Shown here piece by piece: positions 48,004 through 57,035 of a DNA stretch of 64,000 nucleotides. The position numbers and the translations under genes are program-made. Source of the DNA: an uncultured Propionibacteriaceae bacterium (GTDB lineage: Bacteria; Actinomycetota; Actinomycetes; Propionibacteriales; Propionibacteriaceae). The stretch's first letter is position 1. Every line of letters begins with the position of its first letter. The notes beneath the pieces were generated by a model. That model made no database searches. It saw only the letters and a list, made by a program, of their open reading frames with translations, and was not told the origin of the DNA. The stretch is taken from contig CAUUQR010000002.1 of the NCBI GenBank assembly GCA_963547335.1, positions 1,182-65,181 on the forward strand, in the 5' to 3' direction.

Positions 48004-50351
48004 GCGCCCCCCGCACTGCCTTCGGGGCAGCTGAGTCCGTGAGGCTGCACACCCCGCCGCTCCTGACCGGAAGGATCCCAGAGATCCTGGCCGGCAAGAA
48101 GATCGCGATGACAGGGGTCACCGGCTTCATCGGCGAGCAGATGCTCTGGAAGTTCCTCACCGAGTGCCCCGACACCAGAACCGCGGTCCTGGTGCGACGC
48201 AAGGGATCGTTGTCTGCAGCCAGCCGGGTCGCGGCCCTGCTCAGGAAGCCCATCTTCAAGGAGCTGGTGGCCAAGGCCGGTTCCGTTGAGGACCTGATGG
48301 CCAGCCGGATGGAGGTGATTGAGGGCGACTTGCCTGATGTGCCTGAGCTGCCACGCGACATTGATGTGCTCGTGCACTGCGCAGGCGACGTTTCCTTCGA
48401 TCCTCCCATTGACGCAGCCTTCAAGACCAATGTTCTAGGCACCAAGGCCCTGCTGACCCGTTTCAGGGAGTCATGCTCGGATGAGCAGGGCAATCTGGAG
48501 CGCATCCCTCACTATGTCCACATCTCGACGGCGTACACGGCGGGACGGCGACGGGGCCCCATCCCGGAGGCTGCGCACCCACACAATGTCGACTACGAGG
48601 CTGAGACACGTGCGGCGCTGGCTATGACGGACCTCGTCGAGGCCCGCTCTCGCACCTCGAAGCAGCTGACCATTCTCCGCAGGGAGGCGGAGAAGCTGCA
48701 CCGGAGAGCCGGATACCTCACCACCAGCGAGGACACGGAGCGCCGCAGGCTCGAATGGGTGAAGGAGGAGCTCATCGCGGCCGGGACGGAACGTGCTCGG
48801 TCCCTCGGCTGGACTGACGTCTACACCTTCGCGAAGGCGATGGGGGAGGCCGTCGTCGTTGATCTGTGCAAGGACATGAGGGTCTCGGTGGTGCGTCCGG
48901 CGATCGTCGAGTCGTCGCTGCGCTTCCCCCATCCCGGGTGGATTGAGGGCTTCAAGATGGCTGACCCGATCATTCTGGCCTATGGCCGGGGCCAGCTTCC
49001 TGAGTTCCCGGCCTCGCCCGATGCCGTGATCGACATCATCCCCTGCGATTTCGTGGTCAACACCATCGTGGCGGTGTGCGCCACCCAGCCGAAGGTGGGG
49101 GAGCCTGAGTTCTACCACTGCTCCTCGGGAGCCAGGAACCCGCTGACCTTCCGCGGCATCTACGAGCACATCCGGGCCTATTTCTCGCGTCACCCCTACA
49201 CCACAGGTGAGGGCTCCCAGCCGCTGGCGACGTGGAACTTTCCCGGCCCAGAGCCCATCGAGCGCAAGCTCTGGTTCGCAGGCAAGGGTGTCAGCATTGG
49301 GAACCGGCTGCTGAGTTTCGCCCCCCGCGGGAAGAGAACCCTTGAGGCCGCTCGCGCACTCGACAGGACGGCCAAGCAACTCGACTTTCTCAACAAGTAC
49401 CTGCGACTGTACGGCGAATATCTGCAATCCGAGCTGCACTTCGTGGACGACTGCACCCTGGCTCTGCACAACAGCCTCCATGAGGCGGACAAGGAGGTCT
49501 TTGGTTTCGACTCCGCGGCTCTTGACTGGACGAGCTACATCGAAGAGGTGCACACGCCGGCCATCACCGGCCCCATTCGCCGACTGGAGGCGGCCAGGAG
49601 GCGCCGGAAGGCTCGCTCGGCCACCTTCAAGGAACTCAAGCCGGCCAAAGAGCCCGGGACGGTGCTCGCCGCCTTCGATCTCGACGGCACCGTCATGACA
49701 ACCAACGTCATCGAGACTTACCTGTGGCTGCGCCTGCCTGAGCTGTCGTTGGTGGAACGAGCCGGTGAGCTGTTCAAGGTGGCGACCCAGCTTCCGAACT
49801 ATCTCGGAGCCGAACGCAAGGACCGCGGGGTCTTCCTCCGGCAGGTCTACCGCCGCTACGAGGGCGCCAGGCTGGCGGATCTGGAGCGCTTCGTGGATGA
49901 GCGTCTGACGCCATTCGTGCTCGACCGCACCTCTCCCGGAGCGGTCAGGCGAATCCGTGAGCATCGCGATGCCGGGCACACGACCATCCTCATCACCGGG
50001 GTGATCCGCCCGCTGACCCGCCCTTTCGAGGGGCTGTTCGACCACATCGTCGCCGCCGACCTGGCCACCGACGCCGATGGGGTGTGCACCGGCTTCCTGA
50101 CCGGTCCGCCCCTGGTGGGCGATTCACGATCCGCCTGGCTGACCCACTACGCCGGCCTGCACGGCATCAACCTCGACGCCTCATTCGCCTATGCCGACAG
50201 CCACGTCGACCTCCCGATGTTGCGGACCGTCGGCAATCCCGTGGCCGTCAGCCCCGACATCGGATTGATGCGGGCTGCCAAGCAGTCCGGATGGTCGATC
50301 ATCGACTGGCCCTCCAACGCAGTCCAGCCCCGGTGGAGGCTGCCGTCATGA
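48000..50351 (+). CDS. Fusion protein: fatty acyl-CoA/ACP reductase-type NAD(P)-binding domain (NAD_binding_4-like) + HAD-IB phosphatase domain
   Basis: The start forms an ATGA overlap with hisA. N-terminal motifs are [11 protein letters not shown] (GxxGxxG), [19 protein letters not shown] and YTFAKAMGE (YxxxK). C-terminal motifs are AAFDLDGTV (DxDxT), ILITG and [11 protein letters not shown] (HAD-IB motif IV). Confidence 0.75.
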   Translation: MSAPRTAFGAAESVRLHTPPLLTGRIPEILAGKKIAMTGVTGFIGEQMLWKFLTECPDTRTAVLVRRKGSLSAASRVAALLRKPIFKELVAKAGSVEDLMASRMEVIEGDLPDVPELPRDIDVLVHCAGDVSFDPPIDAAFKTNVLGTKALLTRFRESCSDEQGNLERIPHYVHISTAYTAGRRRGPIPEAAHPHNVDYEAETRAALAMTDLVEARSRTSKQLTILRREAEKLHRRAGYLTTSEDTERRRLEWVKEELIAAGTERARSLGWTDVYTFAKAMGEAVVVDLCKDMRVSVVRPAIVESSLRFPHPGWIEGFKMADPIILAYGRGQLPEFPASPDAVIDIIPCDFVVNTIVAVCATQPKVGEPEFYHCSSGARNPLTFRGIYEHIRAYFSRHPYTTGEGSQPLATWNFPGPEPIERKLWFAGKGVSIGNRLLSFAPRGKRTLEAARALDRTAKQLDFLNKYLRLYGEYLQSELHFVDDCTLALHNSLHEADKEVFGFDSAALDWTSYIEEVHTPAITGPIRRLEAARRRRKARSATFKELKPAKEPGTVLAAFDLDGTVMTTNVIETYLWLRLPELSLVERAGELFKVATQLPNYLGAERKDRGVFLRQVYRRYEGARLADLERFVDERLTPFVLDRTSPGAVRRIREHRDAGHTTILITGVIRPLTRPFEGLFDHIVAADLATDADGVCTGFLTGPPLVGDSRSAWLTHYAGLHGINLDASFAYADSHVDLPMLRTVGNPVAVSPDIGLMRAAKQSGWSIIDWPSNAVQPRWRLPS

Positions 50352-51865
50352 GCCGGCCCGGTTTCCTGCTCTACGTGGATGACCAAACCCCACCCCTGAT
50401 CACCCTGGCAGGCAGCAGCGTCAACCTTCAGCAGTTCCCCACAGGCACACGGGTCATCTATCCGCCGGAGGCGATGCCCTCCTCAGACCCCACTGCCCTG
50501 ATCGACCAGGCTCTGGCGACGCCCAGCGGATCCGAGCCGTTGGCGGCCAGGCTGAGACCAGGCATGAGGCTGACCATCGTTGTCGGCAATGTGGACCCCG
50601 TGCAGCCGATGATGCGCTTCGACATTCGCCGCGGCATCGTGGAGCGTGTCCTGGAGCAGGCCGCACGCAGCCGAGTCGATGACGTGTCGATCGTGATCGC
50701 AGGGGGACTCGGCCCACGCTGGAGCAGCCAGGACATTGTCGTCGCGCTCGGCGATCGAGTGGCGTCCTCATTCCTGCCGGATGGGATGATCACCAGCCAT
50801 GACGTCACCGACTCGAGATTGGTGGCAGTGGCCACCGTCGGGAACCATCCCGTGAGGCTGTCCCCGCGCATCGCGACCTCGGATCTGGTGGTGGCCGTGG
50901 ACGTCAGCCACGGGCCGAGACCTCGCTGCCTGCTTGCGGCCGGAGCCACCGACGTGAGCACCATCAACCGGATATCCGGGTTGGAGGGTGGCCACGCGGC
51001 CTGCGGCGAGGTGTCGGCAGCCATCCTGGGCGAGGTGCCGGTTTTCGCCATCACGGCGGTCCTCGGGCAGCCCTTCCTGCAGCGGCCGCTGGGTTTCCTC
51101 AATCGACGGGAATGGGAATGGCGGCTGCCCCAGCAGCTGTCCTACGCCACAGCTCGCCAGTTCGTGGCGGTGATGCCGCGTCAGGGCGCGCAGCGACTCC
51201 ATGGAGCTCCCCTCGCAGACTACGAGCTGTGCGATGTCGTGGGCGGCGATCCCGCCCAGGTTCTGTCACGGGCACACGAGGTGTGGCATGCTGCCAACGC
51301 TGTTCCCGCGTCCCAGTCCCACGTGCTGATCACGTCGGTGTGGGGAAGCAGCTTCGATCCCGGAGATCCGGTCGGCTCACCCATCAGCGCAGCGCACCAT
51401 GCGTTGGTGCGGGCCACGGGCATGGACAGCGACGGCCCCTTGGTGGCGCCTGGCGGATCGGTGGTGGCCTTCCATCCGCTCAGCCGCGTCTTCTCGAATC
51501 GAACCCAGGCCCCGGCATCCGACTTCTTCACCAAGGTCCTCCCCGAGACCCGCGATCCCCGCACCATCCGGGAGAGGTTTGAGGAGCGGGCCTGCACGGA
51601 CACCTGGTATCTGAAGCTCTATCGGGAGCACAATGCCCATCATCCGCTGGCGGTGTTCCACACCTGGTACGCCATTCAGCGGGCCGCCTCCCAGCTAGAT
51701 GAGGTGATCTGGGTGGGTGCGGACCGCACATCAGCGCGGGTTCTGGGTCATCGTGCTGCAACCAGGCTGGAAGATGCCCTTGAGTTGTGCAGGCAGACGT
51801 TGGGGGATGATCTCAGAGCAACCTATCTGCACGCTCCAGGGACCGTCGCAGGGGAGCCACGATGA
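50348..51865 (+). CDS. LarA N-terminal domain (DUF2088)-like protein, divergent
   Basis: The start forms an ATGA overlap. By eye it resembles lactate-racemase-fold proteins: RLTIVVGN.., SIVIAGGLGPR, DLVVAVDVSHG, ITSVWGSSFDPGD. LarA catalytic/cofactor motifs are not obvious. Confidence 0.5.
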   Translation: MSRPGFLLYVDDQTPPLITLAGSSVNLQQFPTGTRVIYPPEAMPSSDPTALIDQALATPSGSEPLAARLRPGMRLTIVVGNVDPVQPMMRFDIRRGIVERVLEQAARSRVDDVSIVIAGGLGPRWSSQDIVVALGDRVASSFLPDGMITSHDVTDSRLVAVATVGNHPVRLSPRIATSDLVVAVDVSHGPRPRCLLAAGATDVSTINRISGLEGGHAACGEVSAAILGEVPVFAITAVLGQPFLQRPLGFLNRREWEWRLPQQLSYATARQFVAVMPRQGAQRLHGAPLADYELCDVVGGDPAQVLSRAHEVWHAANAVPASQSHVLITSVWGSSFDPGDPVGSPISAAHHALVRATGMDSDGPLVAPGGSVVAFHPLSRVFSNRTQAPASDFFTKVLPETRDPRTIRERFEERACTDTWYLKLYREHNAHHPLAVFHTWYAIQRAASQLDEVIWVGADRTSARVLGHRAATRLEDALELCRQTLGDDLRATYLHAPGTVAGEPR

Positions 51866-52602
51866 TCACGTGGCCTGCTGACATGCTGCGGTTCGCCCGG
51901 TCTGGATTCGGCTACGGGCATCGTCGCCCCGAAGGAGCGCCCGAACCCACTGTCCGCCGTCGCGACCGGCTCGGGAGATCTGATCTCAGTGAGATACCAA
52001 ACCTTCTGCACCCGCTGACCTGGCGGTTGGAGTACCGGGTGGCAGGCCTCGACGCGTTGGAGGGCCTGGAGGGGCCGGTGGTCTTCGCAGCCAATGGGCA
52101 GGGGGTGCTCGACTGGCAGGTTCTGAAGGCTGTTCTGCCACCCCGGCTGAGGACCCGGAACCACAATCCCAGCGGTGCCCTCACGCGGGGGCGAAGCGTC
52201 GCACTGTTCTCTGATCCATCCACTGTCGACGGTGGTGTGGGTGAGTTCAGCACCGAGGCCGCTGAGCTCGCGAAGCTTCACGGCATCCCTGTGGTTCCCG
52301 TGGCCATGCTCGGCACCTTCAAGCTGAACGAGGTGCTGCGTCTGGCGCTCAAACGCAGGCCGCGGATCTTCGTCCGCTTCGGCGCGCCCGTGTATGTCCG
52401 GGGCAAGACGCTGGAACGGACAACAAGTGAGCTGCAGGCGGCGGTTGGCGCGCTGTTCCACACGGGAGCGCTGTCCTGGTGGGCTGTTCAGAACCCCGCG
52501 CCACCGCCTGTCACCGAGCCGATGCCCAGGTGGCGGCGTCTGTGGCAGCAGACCACGCCTCGTGAACCATCCGCCGGCCGCATCTGGGTTCAGGAACGCT
52601 GA
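51862..52602 (+). CDS. PlsC/AGPAT-fold acyltransferase-like protein lacking the HX4D histidine
   Basis: The start forms an ATGA overlap. The motif-I position reads VVFAANGQGVLD, versus the canonical NHxSxxD. The motif-III position reads FSDPST, versus FPEGT. Motif IV, GIPVVPVAM, is retained. Confidence 0.55.
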   Translation: MITWPADMLRFARSGFGYGHRRPEGAPEPTVRRRDRLGRSDLSEIPNLLHPLTWRLEYRVAGLDALEGLEGPVVFAANGQGVLDWQVLKAVLPPRLRTRNHNPSGALTRGRSVALFSDPSTVDGGVGEFSTEAAELAKLHGIPVVPVAMLGTFKLNEVLRLALKRRPRIFVRFGAPVYVRGKTLERTTSELQAAVGALFHTGALSWWAVQNPAPPPVTEPMPRWRRLWQQTTPREPSAGRIWVQER

Positions 52603-52611
52603 GGAGGTCCC

Positions 52612-53559
52612 GTGGAGCCATATGTCGAAGGACACCTGCACTGGCGTTTCCTGACCATGGATGACTGGGACGAGGTCACGGGCCTGCGTGCTCAGCTCGC
52701 AGCCCTGGACGACTCCCTGATGCCGGCCATTGACCGCGTCGTTGGAGTCGACTTCGATCTGCAGGAAGCCGATGCCGTCGGCGGCTGGGACTCCTACGGA
52801 AGTCTCCTGGCATTCGGATGCTCCTTCCGGGCGCCGGAGCCGGATCCGTTGCGCATCTATCTCATCGGTGGGGTGCATCCGACACATCGCTACCAGGGCA
52901 TCGGGAGCGCCCTGTTGAGCTGGCAGGAGCAACAGGCCATCGCCTGGCGTGATGAACACCGTCCGGGGGAGGAGCTCTGGCTGGGCTGTTACGGGGAGAT
53001 GCTGCAGCCCGGGCTGCAGCGTTTGTTGGAGAGCAGGGGGTTCACGGTGGAGCGGTATTTCATCGACATGCACCGCAACCTGGACCAGCTGCCCCACCCG
53101 GCTGAGATCCCGGGAATCCACTTCGAGATCTTCACTGAGGGGCTGAGTTCCCAGATCCTGACTCTGCACAACGCATGCTTCACATCCTCGGTGTCGGAGC
53201 AGGCGTGGCGGGAATCACTTCAGGCCGACACCTTCAGGGCTGACTGGTCGTGGGTTGCGCTTCAGGACGGGGAGGTCGTCGGGTATTGCCTCTCCGGCAC
53301 TGATGACGGAGCCGGCCTGGATGGGGTCATGGAAGGCTGGTGTGATCGTCTGGGGGTGGCTGATGGTCACCGTCACCGTGGTGTGGCTCAGTCTCTCCTT
53401 GCCCGGGCTATGCACTCGATGGCCGATTCCGGCTGCCCGGCGGCGGGCATCGGCGTCGACACCAGGGACAAGGCTGCGGCTGACTGGCTGAACCGCGTCC
53501 TGGGCTATGAGGTCCGTGATGGCGTGACCCTCTACGTCAAGGGCATCCCCGCTCAGTGA
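52612..53559 (+). CDS. Two-domain GNAT N-acetyltransferase (MshD-like architecture)
   Basis: GTG 52612 is preceded by GAGGAGG, 9 nt after the upstream stop. Two acetyl-CoA motif-A-like segments are present: HPTHRYQGIGSALL and ADGHRHRGVAQSLL. Confidence 0.7.
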   Translation: MEPYVEGHLHWRFLTMDDWDEVTGLRAQLAALDDSLMPAIDRVVGVDFDLQEADAVGGWDSYGSLLAFGCSFRAPEPDPLRIYLIGGVHPTHRYQGIGSALLSWQEQQAIAWRDEHRPGEELWLGCYGEMLQPGLQRLLESRGFTVERYFIDMHRNLDQLPHPAEIPGIHFEIFTEGLSSQILTLHNACFTSSVSEQAWRESLQADTFRADWSWVALQDGEVVGYCLSGTDDGAGLDGVMEGWCDRLGVADGHRHRGVAQSLLARAMHSMADSGCPAAGIGVDTRDKAAADWLNRVLGYEVRDGVTLYVKGIPAQ

Positions 53560-53606
53560 GCTAAGCTCACCGATGCACATTGATCTCTACATAGAGGGCG
53601 GAATAG

Positions 53607-54380
53607 ATGAGCGGCCACTCCAAATGGGCTACCACCAAGCACAAGAAGGCGGTCATTGACGCCAAGCGCGGCAAGCTGTTCGCCAAGCTGATCAAGAATG
53701 TGGAGGTGGCGGCCCGGCTTGGGGGCGGAGACCCGGCGGGCAACCCCACGCTCTACGACGCCATCCAGAAGGCGAAGAAGTCGAGTGTGCCCAACGACAA
53801 CATCGATCGCGCGGTCAAACGCGGTTCCGGTGCGGAGTCAGGGGGAGCCGACTACGAGACCATCATGTACGAGGCCTACGGGCCGTCCGGCATCGCGATC
53901 CTCATCGAGTGCCTGACCGACAATCGGAATCGCTCGGCCTCGGATGTCCGGGTGGCGGTCACCCGCAACGGCGGGACCATGGCTGATGTCGGTTCCGTGC
54001 AACGGCTGTTCTCCCGCAAGGGCGTCGTGGTTGTGCCCAAGAGGCAGGACGGCCGGGACATCGCCGAGGACGATCTGCTGGAGGCTGCGTTGGAGGCTGG
54101 CCTGGAGGAAGTCAACGACGAGGGGGAGACCTGGGAGGCTGTCTGCGACCCCAACGACACTGTCGAGGTCCGCAAGGCTGTGGAGGCCGCCGGATTCGAC
54201 TACGACTCATCTGAGGTGCAGTTCGTCGCATCCTTCGACCAAGAGGTTGACACCGTCGAACTGGCCCAGAAGATCTTCCGCATCATTGATGCCCTAGAGG
54301 ACTCCGACGACGTGCAGAATGTCTACACGAACTTGGATCTCACTGACGATGTCGCCGCGGCGCTCGACTCCGAGGAGTAA
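53607..54380 (+). CDS. yebC: YebC/PmpR-family transcriptional regulator
   Basis: The N-terminus [28 protein letters not shown] is diagnostic. The gene precedes ruvCAB. Confidence 0.95.
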   Translation: MSGHSKWATTKHKKAVIDAKRGKLFAKLIKNVEVAARLGGGDPAGNPTLYDAIQKAKKSSVPNDNIDRAVKRGSGAESGGADYETIMYEAYGPSGIAILIECLTDNRNRSASDVRVAVTRNGGTMADVGSVQRLFSRKGVVVVPKRQDGRDIAEDDLLEAALEAGLEEVNDEGETWEAVCDPNDTVEVRKAVEAAGFDYDSSEVQFVASFDQEVDTVELAQKIFRIIDALEDSDDVQNVYTNLDLTDDVAAALDSEE

Positions 54381-54398
54381 CGGCTACAATCCGAACTG

Positions 54399-54929
54399 AT
54401 GTTCGAGATGAAGCGTATTCTGGGGATTGATCCCGGCCTGACCCGATGCGGTGTGGGAGTCGTTGACGGCACGGTTGGGAGGCCTCCGCGTTTCGTGGCC
54501 GTCGGGGTGGTGCGCACCAGCCGCATGCTGGACCTTGCCACCCGGCTCTTGGAGGTCGAAGCCGGCCTTGAATCCTGGTTCGATGAATACCGGCCGGACG
54601 TCATCGCCATTGAGAGGGTTTTCGCCCAGCACAACACCGCGTCGGTGATCGACACAGCCCAGGCTGCGGGGGTCTCAGCCCTGGTGGCGGCGAGGCGAGG
54701 ACTGCCCGTGACTTTTCACACCCCCAGCGAGATCAAGGCTGGGGTCACGGGCTCCGGCCGGGCCAATAAGCAGCAGGTGACGTCCATGGTCAGAAGCATC
54801 CTCAAGCTGAGTGCCCCACCACGCCCCGCAGATGCCGCTGATGCGCTGGCCCTGGCCGTCTGCCACGCCTGGCGTGGCGGGCACACGAACAGATATGCGG
54901 CTCTCGTGGCTGCTGCGAGAGGAAAGTGA
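54399..54929 (+). CDS. ruvC: Holliday junction resolvase
   Basis: It has [12 protein letters not shown] and a C-terminal [16 protein letters not shown] 54408 is an alternative start. Confidence 0.9.
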   Translation: MFEMKRILGIDPGLTRCGVGVVDGTVGRPPRFVAVGVVRTSRMLDLATRLLEVEAGLESWFDEYRPDVIAIERVFAQHNTASVIDTAQAAGVSALVAARRGLPVTFHTPSEIKAGVTGSGRANKQQVTSMVRSILKLSAPPRPADAADALALAVCHAWRGGHTNRYAALVAAARGK

Positions 54930-55537
54930 TGATCTCTCAGCTGACTGGCACCGTCGTGGCCGCGGGCACCACCTGGTTTGTGATCGATGTCGGGGGAGTG
55001 GGGTTCAGGGGGCACTGCACACCAACCACGGCCGCTTCCCTGCGACCGGGGGAGGCTGGCACGATCCACACCTCGCTGGTGGTGCGTGAGGATTCGCTGA
55101 CCTTCTATGGATTCTCCAGTGCGGAGGAGCGGGATGCGTTTGAACTCGCCCAGTCCGCATCGGGTGTGGGGCCCAAGGTTGCCCTGGCCATCTGCTCGGT
55201 GCTTCCCCCCGCGGAATTCAAACGCGCGATCCTTGCGGAGGACCTCAAGGCTCTGTGTCGTGTGCCGGGCATCGGCAACAAGAGCGCCCAGAAACTGGTT
55301 CTGGAGCTGCGGGACAAGGCTGGCCTGCTGTTGCTGGACGACGCTGCGCCAGCACCCGCGCCAGTTGTCCCAGACTCAGAGCTGTGGCGTGAGCAGGTGA
55401 GCGAGGGGCTGCAGGGACTCGGATGGTCCAGCCGTGAGGCCGCCACGGCATGCGATGCCGTGGCGGATCTGGCGACTGGGGGAGCTCCCGTCGCTCAGCT
55501 GATGCGCGCTGCCCTCGGCGCCCTGGCGAAACGGTGA
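54926..55537 (+). CDS. ruvA: Holliday junction branch-migration complex subunit A
   Basis: It has I..L.G and a helix-hairpin-helix region [19 protein letters not shown]. The start overlaps the ruvC stop. Confidence 0.9.
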   Translation: MMISQLTGTVVAAGTTWFVIDVGGVGFRGHCTPTTAASLRPGEAGTIHTSLVVREDSLTFYGFSSAEERDAFELAQSASGVGPKVALAICSVLPPAEFKRAILAEDLKALCRVPGIGNKSAQKLVLELRDKAGLLLLDDAAPAPAPVVPDSELWREQVSEGLQGLGWSSREAATACDAVADLATGGAPVAQLMRAALGALAKR

Positions 55538-55548
55538 GGAGGCAAGCT

Positions 55549-56568
55549 GTGAAGCCGTCTGAGATGGATCCCCTGGGCCGTTTTGAGGAGTCGGACTACG
55601 AGTCAGCCCTGCGACCAAAACGGCTGGGGGAGTTCGAGGGGCAGCCCCGCGTGCGCGACCAGCTGGGGTTGGTGCTGGACGCGGCCCGGCATCGCGGAAC
55701 CAGCCCGGATCATGTGCTGCTGTCTGGTCCGCCGGGGCTCGGCAAGACCACGCTGGCCATGATCATCGCTGCCGAGTTGGGCGTGAATCTCAGGATCTCC
55801 TCTGGTCCTGCGATCCAACATGCGGGGGACCTGGCGTCGATCCTTTCCGGCCTGGACGCGGGCGATGTGCTGTTCCTCGACGAGATCCACCGTCTGGCAC
55901 GGCCCGCCGAGGAGATGCTGTACCTGGCCATGGAGGATTTTCGCGTCGATGTGGTGGTTGGCAAAGGGCCGGGGGCTACAGCCATCCCGATTGAGCTTCC
56001 TCCGTTCACGCTCGTCGGGGCCACCACCCGGGCTGGCCTGTTGCCCGGGCCGCTGCGGGATCGCTTCGGTTTCACCGCCCAGCTGGAGTTCTACGACACC
56101 AGCGACCTGGCGGTGATCGTGGCTGGTTCCGCCAGGAAGCTCGACATTGAGCTGGGACAGGGATCCGCCGATGAGATCGCGGGGCGTTCCCGCGGCACTC
56201 CCCGCATAGCGAACCGGCTGCTGCGCAGAGTGCGTGACTACACGCAGGTCAACGGCCACTCGATCGTCGAGCGGGAACATGCCCGAGCCGCCCTAGAACT
56301 CTACGAGGTCGATGATCGGGGCCTCGACCGCCTGGACCGGGCGGTGCTGAGAAACCTCTGCACGCTGTTCGGAGGTGGCCCTGTCGGCCTTTCCACACTG
56401 GCCCTGAGCGTGGGGGAGGAGACCGAGACCGTCTCCGAGGTCGCTGAGCCGTTCCTCATCCGTGAGGGCATGATGATGCGCACCCCGAGGGGTCGTATCG
56501 CGACCCACGCGGGATGGGGGCACCTGGGCCTCACCCCGCCGTCTGGTGAGCCTTCACTGTTCGAGTGA
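55549..56568 (+). CDS. ruvB: Holliday junction branch-migration ATPase
   Basis: GTG 55549 is preceded by GAGGAGG. It has Walker [12 protein letters not shown], Walker B LFLDEIH and [16 protein letters not shown]. Confidence 0.95.
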   Translation: MKPSEMDPLGRFEESDYESALRPKRLGEFEGQPRVRDQLGLVLDAARHRGTSPDHVLLSGPPGLGKTTLAMIIAAELGVNLRISSGPAIQHAGDLASILSGLDAGDVLFLDEIHRLARPAEEMLYLAMEDFRVDVVVGKGPGATAIPIELPPFTLVGATTRAGLLPGPLRDRFGFTAQLEFYDTSDLAVIVAGSARKLDIELGQGSADEIAGRSRGTPRIANRLLRRVRDYTQVNGHSIVEREHARAALELYEVDDRGLDRLDRAVLRNLCTLFGGGPVGLSTLALSVGEETETVSEVAEPFLIREGMMMRTPRGRIATHAGWGHLGLTPPSGEPSLFE

Positions 56569-56619
56569 GCTATCCTGACCCACGGCGTATACACAAGCTG
56601 TTTGGTGAGGAAAGAACAA

Positions 56620-57024
56620 ATGCCTGCTGATCTCTCGTGGATCCTGATTCTAGTGATGCTCGGGGCGATGTATCTCTTCATGATCCGGCCTCAACAGAAG
56701 AAAATGAGGGAGCGTCAGGCGGAGATTGATGCGATGCAACCCGGAGACAGGGTCATGCTCACCAGCGGCATCTTCGCCACCATCCGGCACCTGGCTGGCA
56801 CCCAGGCCATCGTCGAGTTGGCTCCCGAGGTCGAGGTCACCATCGTGAAGCAGGCCATCGCCCGCACCGCCACCGCGGATGAGGAGGAATTCGAGTTCAC
56901 CGATGAGGTGGACGAGGATGAGGAGCCGACCACGCCGGATTCCCCAGAGGAAGAAACGACAGAAGTCGCCGGCCAGGAGGCCGTTGAGCCTTCGGCGGAG
57001 ACTACCCAGACCGAGAAGAACTGA
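56620..57024 (+). CDS. yajC: Preprotein translocase subunit YajC with long acidic C-terminal tail
   Basis: ATG 56620 is preceded by GAGGAAAG. It has LVMLGAMYLFMIRPQQKKMRE and GDRVMLTSGIFATI. Confidence 0.9.
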   Translation: MPADLSWILILVMLGAMYLFMIRPQQKKMRERQAEIDAMQPGDRVMLTSGIFATIRHLAGTQAIVELAPEVEVTIVKQAIARTATADEEEFEFTDEVDEDEEPTTPDSPEEETTEVAGQEAVEPSAETTQTEKN

Positions 57025-57035
57025 GACGAGACCGC

